Positions 56,636 through 64,000 of a stretch of 64,000 nt of DNA are shown here, piece by piece. The notes beneath the pieces are model-generated. The model had not been told where the DNA came from, did no database searches, and saw only the letters and a list, made by a program, of their open reading frames with translations. The translations under genes and the position numbers were made by a program. Position 1 is the first letter of the stretch, and the number at the start of each line of letters is the position of its first letter. The DNA is from an uncultured Chloroflexia bacterium (GTDB taxonomy: Bacteria; Chloroflexota; Limnocylindria; Limnocylindrales; CSP1-4), in assembly GCA_963819655.1 (NCBI GenBank), contig CAWFXA010000003.1, positions 320,001 to 384,000 on the forward strand. The letters run 5' to 3'.

Positions 56636-59059
56636 GTGTCCAAGAACCTCGTGATCGTCGAGTCGCCTGCCAAGGCGCGGACGATCGAGCGCTATCTGGG
56701 CGACGACTACCGTGTCCTCGCCTCCTATGGCCATGTTCGCGATCTGCCCGAGAACCCGGGCAAGGGCAAGTTCGGCGTCGACGTCGACCATGATTTCGAA
56801 CCCGAGTACGTCATCAACGAGGACCGCCGCAAACAGGTCAACGACATCGCCAAGGCCGCCAAGGGGTCGGATCTCGTGTACCTCGCCACCGACCTCGACC
56901 GTGAGGGTGAGGCGATCGCGTGGCATGTCGCCGAAGCCGCGCACGTCCCATCCGAGAAGACGCGCCGGGTGACGTTCAGCGAGATCACCGAGCCGGCCAT
57001 CCGCGAGGCGTTCGCCCACCCGCGTGGGATCGACCAGAACCTCGTCGATGCGCAGCAGACCCGCCGGATCGTCGATCGCCTGGTCGGCTACACGCTCAGC
57101 CCGCTGCTCTCGCGCAAGGTCCGCGGCGGGCTGTCGGCAGGCCGCGTGCAGTCCGTGGCGGTCCGTCTGGTCGTCGAGCGCGAGCGCGAGATCGAGGCGT
57201 TCACCGCACGCGAGTACTGGACGATCGAAGCGATCCTCGCCACGGCCGCCGGCGACACGTTCGCCGCCGAACTCGTCCGGATCGACGGCGAGCCACTCGC
57301 CCTGGCCGACGAAGCCACGACCGAACGGCATGCCACCGCGCTCCGCGACGCCCATCCGGTCGTCCGGAAGGTCGGTGTCCGGACCCAGAAGCGGTCGCCC
57401 GCGCCGCCGTTCACGACGTCGACCCTCCAGCAGGAGGCCAGCCGCAAGCTGTCGTTCAGTCCCAAGCGGACGATGTCGATCGCGCAGCGGCTGTACGAGG
57501 GCGCAGACACGCCGGACGGCCACGTCGGGTTGATCACCTACATGCGGACCGACTCGACGGCGATGGCCGGCATCGCGATGGGCGAGGCGCGCGAGGTCAT
57601 CGCAGCGCGCTATGGCGACCCGTTCACGATGCCCAAGGGTCGGGTCTACAAGACGACCTCGAAGGGCGCCCAGGAGGCGCACGAGTCGATCCGGCCGACG
57701 AGCTTCCAACGGGACCCGGACTCGCTCGAGGGCACGCTCAAGCCCGAGGAGCTGCGGCTCTACCGGCTCATCTGGCAGCGTGCGCTCGCCTCGCAGATGG
57801 CGCCCAAGGAGCTCGAGACCACGACAGTCGACCTGGCCGACGGCCCGTATGAGCTGCGGGCGACCTCCACCCGGACCTTGTTCGAAGGGTTCGCCCGGGT
57901 ATACACGGAAGGTCGCGACGACGCCGATGCCGACGACGACGACGTGACGCGGCGCCTCCCGACGCTTGCCGACGGCGACCCCACCGATGTCCGCGAGGTC
58001 ACGCCGACCCAGCACTTCACCGAGCCGCCGCCGCGCTTCACCGAGGCGACGCTGATCAAGGCGCTCGAGGAGCACGGCATCGGCCGGCCGTCGACCTACG
58101 CGGCGACGATCTCGACGATCATCGATCGCGGCTATGTCCGGGTCGAGGAGCGTCGGCTGCGGCCGGAGCCGGTCGCCGGGATCGTAACCGACCTGCTGGT
58201 GGAGCATTTCGGCGACTACGTGGATCTGGCCTTCACGGCCCGGATGGAGGAGGAGCTCGACGAGATCGCGCGCGGGGAGCGCGCCTGGGTGCCGCTGCTG
58301 CAGGCGTTCTATGCGCCGCTCCGCGATCGAGTGGCCGAGAAGCGACGCGAGCTGCGTCGCAGCGACTTCACGACCGAGGAGACCGACGAGGTCTGCTCCG
58401 AAGGTCATCCGATGGTCATCCGGCTCGGGCGCAACGGCCGGTTCCTGGCGTGCTCGATGTACCCCGAGCACAAGGAGACGCGGCCACTCCCCGGGGAGGA
58501 GCCGCCGCCCCAGGAGGGGACCGGCGAGGTCTGCCCGAAGTGTGGCGAAGGCACGCTGGTGGGCCGGCGCGGCAAGTTCGGCCCGTTCCTCGGCTGCTCC
58601 CGCTATCCCGAGTGCGACTACATCAAGCGCGAGGGTCCACCGCCGCCTGAGCCGCTGCCGTTCGAGGTCACCTGCCCCAAGAACAACGACGGCCACCTCG
58701 TCCCGCGTCGCGCGCGACGGACCGGGAACGTCTTCTGGGGGTGCTCGAACTACCCACGCTGCGATTTCACGACCAACTACGAGCCGCTCGGTGGCCTGCA
58801 CGACATCGACGACGGGCCGCTCGCGCGCAAGGGCGACGCGGCGATCTGCCTGAAATGCGGCTCGTCGAGCGAGACGGCGCCCGACGCCATCGTCCCGGGC
58901 GAGAAGTACGCGGGTGGGCCACCCGATCCGGAGGCCCTGGCGCGACCCGCGCGTGGCCGGGGAGGTGCACGCACGGGCCGTCCCCGCGGTGGCACCCGCT
59001 CCGGTGGCCGCGGCTCGTCCCGCACGACGCGTTCCGCAGAGCCGGCCTCCGAGGCGTGA
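56636..59059 (+). CDS. topA: DNA topoisomerase I
   Basis: IVESPAK, DLDREGE, SAGRVQS, ITYMRTDS, Zn-ribbon repeats. Confidence 0.97.
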   Translation: MSKNLVIVESPAKARTIERYLGDDYRVLASYGHVRDLPENPGKGKFGVDVDHDFEPEYVINEDRRKQVNDIAKAAKGSDLVYLATDLDREGEAIAWHVAEAAHVPSEKTRRVTFSEITEPAIREAFAHPRGIDQNLVDAQQTRRIVDRLVGYTLSPLLSRKVRGGLSAGRVQSVAVRLVVEREREIEAFTAREYWTIEAILATAAGDTFAAELVRIDGEPLALADEATTERHATALRDAHPVVRKVGVRTQKRSPAPPFTTSTLQQEASRKLSFSPKRTMSIAQRLYEGADTPDGHVGLITYMRTDSTAMAGIAMGEAREVIAARYGDPFTMPKGRVYKTTSKGAQEAHESIRPTSFQRDPDSLEGTLKPEELRLYRLIWQRALASQMAPKELETTTVDLADGPYELRATSTRTLFEGFARVYTEGRDDADADDDDVTRRLPTLADGDPTDVREVTPTQHFTEPPPRFTEATLIKALEEHGIGRPSTYAATISTIIDRGYVRVEERRLRPEPVAGIVTDLLVEHFGDYVDLAFTARMEEELDEIARGERAWVPLLQAFYAPLRDRVAEKRRELRRSDFTTEETDEVCSEGHPMVIRLGRNGRFLACSMYPEHKETRPLPGEEPPPQEGTGEVCPKCGEGTLVGRRGKFGPFLGCSRYPECDYIKREGPPPPEPLPFEVTCPKNNDGHLVPRRARRTGNVFWGCSNYPRCDFTTNYEPLGGLHDIDDGPLARKGDAAICLKCGSSSETAPDAIVPGEKYAGGPPDPEALARPARGRGGARTGRPRGGTRSGGRGSSRTTRSAEPASEA

Positions 59060-60039
59060 ACGCGGTCGCGGGTGACCCCCCGACCCACCTCGCTCTGGAC
59101 CGGTTCCTCCGGTCGCTGGCCGCGCGCGACGCTTCGCCGCACACGATCCGTGCCTACGACACCGCGATCGGTGCCTATCTCGATTGGCTCGCCGCGCGCG
59201 GCGTCGACTGGACCCGCCCGACCAGGCCGGAGCTGCGCGGCTATCTCGCGAGGCTCGGCAGCGGTGGCGCCCGTTCGACCGTCGCCCAACGTCTTGCCGC
59301 CATCCGCTCCTTCCACCGCTGGGCGGCACGCGAAGGTCTCGCTGCCGGCGACCCGTGGGGCGCGATCGCGACGCCGCGCCTGCCCAGGCGCCTGCCCCGC
59401 GTTCTCGAGGTCGACCAGGTGGCGCGGCTCCTCGCGGTCGTCGAGGCGGACCTCGAGGCGGCGGAGGCGGCCAGCCCCGACGGGATGGCGCTCGCGACGG
59501 CCCTCGCGATGCGGGACCGGGCCCTGGTCGAGACGGCCTACGCAGCCGGGTTGCGCATCAGCGAGCTTGCCGCGGCCGATCTCGCGTCGCTCGACCTGCG
59601 ACGGGGTGAGATCCGCGTCATCGGCAAGGGCCGCAAGGAACGGATCGGGTTGCTGGGGCGACCGGCGGTCTCGGCACTGACGTCGTACCTGGATCATGGC
59701 CGGCCGCTGCTCGCTGAGCGCCGCGCAGCGAGCGCATCCGTGCCGACCGCGGTGTTCCTGAACCACGCCGGTGCGCCACTCGGGGTGCGCGGACTGCGCT
59801 ACCGGCTGGACCGCCTGTGCCGTGCCGCCGGCCTGCCGGAAGGGGTCTCGCCGCATACGCTCCGCCACTCGTTCGCGACCCACCTGCTCGACGGGGGCGC
59901 CGACCTGCGGGTGGTCCAGGAGCTGCTCGGCCACGAGAATCTCGCGACGACACAGGTGTACACGCACGTGTCGCCCGGCCGGCTGGCGGCCGCCTACCGC
60001 GACGCGCACCCACGAGCGCGGCGGGTCGACAAGGGGTGA
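59056..60039 (+). CDS. xerC: Tyrosine recombinase XerC-like
   Basis: GLRISEL, GKGRKER, HTLRHSFATHLL, LGH, TTQVYTH; topA-xerC synteny. Confidence 0.88.
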   Translation: MNAVAGDPPTHLALDRFLRSLAARDASPHTIRAYDTAIGAYLDWLAARGVDWTRPTRPELRGYLARLGSGGARSTVAQRLAAIRSFHRWAAREGLAAGDPWGAIATPRLPRRLPRVLEVDQVARLLAVVEADLEAAEAASPDGMALATALAMRDRALVETAYAAGLRISELAAADLASLDLRRGEIRVIGKGRKERIGLLGRPAVSALTSYLDHGRPLLAERRAASASVPTAVFLNHAGAPLGVRGLRYRLDRLCRAAGLPEGVSPHTLRHSFATHLLDGGADLRVVQELLGHENLATTQVYTHVSPGRLAAAYRDAHPRARRVDKG

Positions 60040-61619
60040 CCACCGCCCGCACGCTGGCCCGGGCCGGCCTGATCGTCTCGGCGTTCTTCCTGGTCTCCCG
60101 CGTGCTGGGCTGGATCCGCCTCGTTGTCATCGCCAACGCGGTCGAGGATCCGGCCCAGCTCGATGCGTTCTTTGCGGCGTTCCGGATCCCCGACCTGCTG
60201 TTCCAGCTCGTCGCCGCCGGAGCGCTGTCCTCGGCGCTCATCCCGGTCGTGGCCGGTCTGCTGGCATCCGACGGCGAGGGTCGCGCGTGGCGGGTCGTGT
60301 CGACCGTCACGAACCTGATGCTCGGCGCGCTGCTCGTCCTCGCGGGATTCGTGTTCGTGTTCGCGGACCGACTGGTGCCGCTGTACACGAGCGGCTTCGA
60401 CGCGGCCACGATGGCCCAGACCGTGGAGCTGACGCGGATCATGGTCCTCAGCCCGATCTTCCTCGCGCTGGGCGCGGCCGCCACCAGCGTGCTGAACACG
60501 AAGGGGCGGTTTGCCGCGGCGGCCTTCGCGCCGGTCTTCTACAACCTCGCGATCATCGGCGCCGCCCTGCTGCTGACGCCTCGGTTGGGTGTCACAGGCC
60601 TGGCGATCGGGGTGGTCGCCGGGTCGGTCGGCCACCTCCTCGTCCAGCTGAAGCCCTTACAGAGGATCGGCTTCCGCTACACGCCACGCATCGACACCGA
60701 CGATCCGGCGGCGCGCACGGCGATCCGGTTGATGGTGCCCCGTGCCGTGGGGCTTGGGGCGAGCCAGATCACGTTCGTGGTCGTCACATCACTCGCCACC
60801 ACCGTCGGGATCGGGGCGGTGACGGCCTTGACGATCGCGTTCACGCTACTGCAGATTCCCATCGGCGTGATCGGCGTCCCGCTCGGGGTAGTGCTGTTCC
60901 CGTCGCTGTCCCGCGAGGCCGCCGCGGGCGACCACGCCGAGTTCGTCGCCCTGCTGACGCGGGCCATGCGCGTCCTGGCGTTCGTGATGCTGCCCGTCGC
61001 TGTCCTCGCCGCGATCCTGCGCGTAGAGACCGTCGCGCTGCTTTTCGGCGGGTTCGATCCGGCGGCCATCCAGCTCACGGCCGACACGTTCCTAGCGTTC
61101 CTGCCGGGTCTCCCGGCGCACGCCCTGATCGCCGTCCTCGCTCGCGCGTTCTATGCGCGGCAGGACACGCTGACGCCGGTGCTCGCCGCGATCGGCGCGG
61201 TGGTCATCAATACGACGCTCGCCACGGTCCTGGTCGGGCCGTACGGGCTGCCCGGCATCGCCTTCGCCATCGCGATCGCGGCCTGGCTCGAGGCGGCGGC
61301 CCTGCTGGTGCTGCTCCGCCGGCGCGAGGGTCCTCTCGGCCTCGCCACCGTCGCGTGGGTGGCGGTCCGGACGTTGCTGGCGTCGGCGATCGCCGGAGCC
61401 GCCGCGATCTTCGTCCGCGGGATCGTCGGACCGGCGCTCGCGCCCGATCCGGCCACGCTCGGACGAGGGGGCATCCCGGGCATCGTGGCCGTCATCCTCG
61501 TGGTCTCCACGGTCATGGGCGCGACGTTCGTCGTCGCGGCGCTCGCCTTGCGGATCGGGGAACTGCGCTCTATCGTCGCGATCATGGTCGACGCCCTTCG
61601 CCGGCCATCCCGGCTGTGA
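60036..61619 (+). CDS. murJ: Lipid II flippase MurJ
   Basis: SRVLGWIR, AFRIPD, GALSSALIP, RAFYARQDTLTP; many TMs. Confidence 0.92.
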   Translation: MTTARTLARAGLIVSAFFLVSRVLGWIRLVVIANAVEDPAQLDAFFAAFRIPDLLFQLVAAGALSSALIPVVAGLLASDGEGRAWRVVSTVTNLMLGALLVLAGFVFVFADRLVPLYTSGFDAATMAQTVELTRIMVLSPIFLALGAAATSVLNTKGRFAAAAFAPVFYNLAIIGAALLLTPRLGVTGLAIGVVAGSVGHLLVQLKPLQRIGFRYTPRIDTDDPAARTAIRLMVPRAVGLGASQITFVVVTSLATTVGIGAVTALTIAFTLLQIPIGVIGVPLGVVLFPSLSREAAAGDHAEFVALLTRAMRVLAFVMLPVAVLAAILRVETVALLFGGFDPAAIQLTADTFLAFLPGLPAHALIAVLARAFYARQDTLTPVLAAIGAVVINTTLATVLVGPYGLPGIAFAIAIAAWLEAAALLVLLRRREGPLGLATVAWVAVRTLLASAIAGAAAIFVRGIVGPALAPDPATLGRGGIPGIVAVILVVSTVMGATFVVAALALRIGELRSIVAIMVDALRRPSRL

Positions 61620-62674
61620 CGGCCCCGATCGACGCCGACGCATGGGACGCCCTCGTCGAAGCGAGCGACCCAGGCTCGTATCTCCAGCTGAGCCCTTGGG
61701 CGCGGGTCAAGGCCGTCAACGGCTGGTCGGCGCACCGATTGTCGGCCACGGATCGCGTCGGGGCACAGGTCCTCGTCCGACGTCCCCGGCCATTGCCGTG
61801 GGGATTCGCCTACGCGCCGCGCGGCCCGGTCGGCGGGGACTGGTCGCCAGACGAGATCGGGGCGTTCTCGGCGGCAGTCCGTGACAGGCTCACGGGGATG
61901 ACCGGTCGCGTGTCGCATCTGCGGATCGACCCCGAGATCGAGATCGACGGCCCACACGACCCCGACGGCGCGACGCGCAGTGCCCTGGCCGCCGAGGGCT
62001 GGCGGCCCGCCCCGCCGATCCAGCCGTCGTCGACGCGCATCATCGACCTCGCCGCGGACGAGGGGGCGCTGTGGGGCGACTTGCGCAAGAAATGGCGCCA
62101 GTACGTGAACAAGGCACGCGCGGCGGGCGTCGTGGTCGTCGACGTGGACGGCGATCGACTCGGGGACTTCTATCGCATCTACCGCGAGACGGCCGATCGG
62201 GCCGGATTCCTCATCCGGACCGAGGCCGCCTACCGCGACGTCTGGGACGCCTACCGGCCGGGTGGTCGGGCCCGGCTGCTCTTCGCCCAGGGGCCGGACG
62301 CCGAACCCCTGGCGACGCTGTTCCTCGTGCGCAGCGGGAACCGCGTCGTCGAGCCATACGGTGGCATGACCCAGACCGGCGCCGATACCCGCGCGAATTA
62401 CCTGCTCAAGTGGGAGGCGATCCGTTCGTCGCGCGAGGCTGGTGCGGCCACGTATGACCTGTGGGGCCTGGCGACCGGTGGCATCGCCCATTTCAAGACC
62501 GGCTTCGGCGGTCGTGAGGTGCGCTATATCGGCGCCTGGGACCTCGTGCTCGACCGGCTCGGTCGGACGGTGTACGGCGCGGCGGGCACGGCCAGGACGT
62601 GGTGGGCGCGCCGGAGTCACGGACTCCGTGGCGGCGGGACCGCGGCGGGTTTCGCCGGCGAGGGTGCGGAGTGA
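61616..62674 (+). CDS. FemABX-family peptidoglycan bridge peptidyltransferase
   Basis: LQLSPWARVK, YAPRGP, KWRQYVNKA, YDLWG, FKTGFGG. Confidence 0.87.
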   Translation: MTAPIDADAWDALVEASDPGSYLQLSPWARVKAVNGWSAHRLSATDRVGAQVLVRRPRPLPWGFAYAPRGPVGGDWSPDEIGAFSAAVRDRLTGMTGRVSHLRIDPEIEIDGPHDPDGATRSALAAEGWRPAPPIQPSSTRIIDLAADEGALWGDLRKKWRQYVNKARAAGVVVVDVDGDRLGDFYRIYRETADRAGFLIRTEAAYRDVWDAYRPGGRARLLFAQGPDAEPLATLFLVRSGNRVVEPYGGMTQTGADTRANYLLKWEAIRSSREAGAATYDLWGLATGGIAHFKTGFGGREVRYIGAWDLVLDRLGRTVYGAAGTARTWWARRSHGLRGGGTAAGFAGEGAE

Positions 62675-63789
62675 CCGGACCCGCCTGGCCGCGCGAGGCC
62701 ACCTGGGCGGAGCGCGCCGACTGGGACCAGCGCACCGTCCGCACGCCGGGCGGTCACGTGTACCAATCGACGGCCTGGGCGGAACAGCGCGCGCATCTCG
62801 GCTGGCGGCCGCTCTTCGTCCTGCTCGACGAGGACCACGCGGCGCTCGTCCTGCTGCGCCCGTTCCCCGTGATCGGTGGGGCCAGCGCGTACATCCCACG
62901 CGGGCCCGTCAACGCCCCCGAGGAGGACGCCGAGGCCGCGGCAGCCCGCGTCGCCACGCTGACCGAGTGGCTGGCGCGGCGTGGCGTGGCGGTCGTCGCG
63001 ACCGATGCCGAGATCCCGATCGCCGACGCCGCCTACGGCCGCGGCCTTCGGTCGGCCGGATTCCGTCCCATCCCCGAGATCCAGCCGTCGCGCCATCGGG
63101 TGAGTCTCGAGCTGGCTCGGGACACGGATGACGCTGCGGTCCGAGCCGGTTTCACCAAGAGCACGCGCCAGCGGATCGCGGGCGCCGAGCGGGACGGCGT
63201 CATCGTCGAGCGCCACGACACGGGCGGCTGGTCGGGCGCGCACCCCTTGTTCGAGGCGCCTGCCCGGTCGTTCGACGAGTCGATCGGCAGCTTCGCGACG
63301 CTCCTCGAGGGCACAGGCGAGCGGCGCGGCTTCCGGTTCGGGCCGCGGCAGGTCTTCATCGATTGGTGGACCGCCGCGCATGCGGCCGGCCTGCTCGTCT
63401 ACCTGGATGCCCGGGACGGCGCCGATCCGACCCATTCGCTCGGCGGGCTCGTCCTGTACCGCCACGGCGGCCGCCTGTCGACGGTCCACTCCGGTGACCC
63501 GCCAGGGGTCCGCGACACCCATCCGGGCGTGATGCACCTCCTGCGCTGGCGCGCGATCCAGCTCGCCATCCGCGAGGGCTGCACCGAGATGGACCTCGGC
63601 GGCGTCGACGTCGGACCCGACCACCGCGAACCAGGGGAGGGCGATCCGATGGCCGGGTTGTATGAGCACAAGCGGTCGTTCGGGGCGCGCTGGGTCGAGA
63701 TGACCGGGGCGCACGAGCGCGTCACGAAGCCGCTGCCCTACGCGCTCGGGCGCCTGATGGCGCGGGCGGCGCGCATCCTTCAGCGATGA
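62671..63789 (+). CDS. FemABX-family peptidoglycan bridge peptidyltransferase (second copy)
   Basis: YQSTAWA, YIPRGP, KSTRQRI, MDLGG, GLYEHKRSFG. Confidence 0.85.
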   Translation: MTGPAWPREATWAERADWDQRTVRTPGGHVYQSTAWAEQRAHLGWRPLFVLLDEDHAALVLLRPFPVIGGASAYIPRGPVNAPEEDAEAAAARVATLTEWLARRGVAVVATDAEIPIADAAYGRGLRSAGFRPIPEIQPSRHRVSLELARDTDDAAVRAGFTKSTRQRIAGAERDGVIVERHDTGGWSGAHPLFEAPARSFDESIGSFATLLEGTGERRGFRFGPRQVFIDWWTAAHAAGLLVYLDARDGADPTHSLGGLVLYRHGGRLSTVHSGDPPGVRDTHPGVMHLLRWRAIQLAIREGCTEMDLGGVDVGPDHREPGEGDPMAGLYEHKRSFGARWVEMTGAHERVTKPLPYALGRLMARAARILQR

Positions 63790-64000
63790 CCGGTCAGCTG
63801 GCGACGCGTCGACTCGAGGGGCTGGTGCAGCGCCTCGCGGCGGAGGACAGCCTGCGCGGCACGCGGCGCGACGGCCGGGCCGTCCCCTCTGCCGATCTGG
63901 CCGGCATCGACGTGACGGGCGTGACGCACGACTCACGCGGGGTGCGGCCGGGGATGCTCTACGTCGCGATCGAGGGTCAACGCGTCGACGGGCACGACTT
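63786..64000 (+). CDS. murE: Mur ligase, N-terminal part (truncated by window end)
   Basis: ATGA overlap; VTGVTHDSRGVRPGMLYVAIEGQRVDGHD is the MurE/MurF N-domain signature. Confidence 0.75.
   Translation, partial: MTGQLATRRLEGLVQRLAAEDSLRGTRRDGRAVPSADLAGIDVTGVTHDSRGVRPGMLYVAIEGQRVDGHD

Noticed and set aside
59056-60039. Tyrosine recombinase as a mobile-element integrase
   Set aside because: Size, motifs and topA linkage fit chromosomal XerC; no att sites or cargo

Overview
High-GC bacterial chromosome window. The FtsH sequence, the GAAC-N4-GTTC LexA box and the gene content suggest a Chloroflexota-type monoderm (inference). The left 28.5 kb (13-28461) is a LacI-controlled catabolic island for inositol or aminocyclitol-like substrates. 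It encodes IolD, an IolE-like and a second TIM-barrel isomerase, two paralogous DegT-family aminotransferases, two Gfo/Idh/MocA and two Zn-dependent dehydrogenases, an SDR, an HpcH aldolase, a lactonase, a 2-hydroxyacid dehydrogenase, an LLM oxidoreductase, a cyclase, a CehA/McbA-type hydrolase, a polyamine-type ABC importer, E1a/E1b/E2 of a 2-oxoacid dehydrogenase and two LacI repressors. Four matching operators are visible next to sigma70 promoters. The right 35.5 kb is mostly core genome: mrfAB-like repair genes with an SOS box, carbonic anhydrase, VanW, tRNA-Met, ftsH, M20 peptidase, a DnaB-C-only ATPase, ppa, thpR, trpB2, tyrA, a CpaE-like regulator, comM-dprA-topA-xerC and murJ-femX-femX-murE (truncated at the window end). 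Many of these genes look leaderless. Two long intergenic regions (32.8-33.0 kb and 43.6-43.95 kb) carry copies of one unannotated REP/MITE-like repeat family. Four genes have single +1 frameshifts, probably sequencing errors. I saw no CRISPR array, transposase or prophage.
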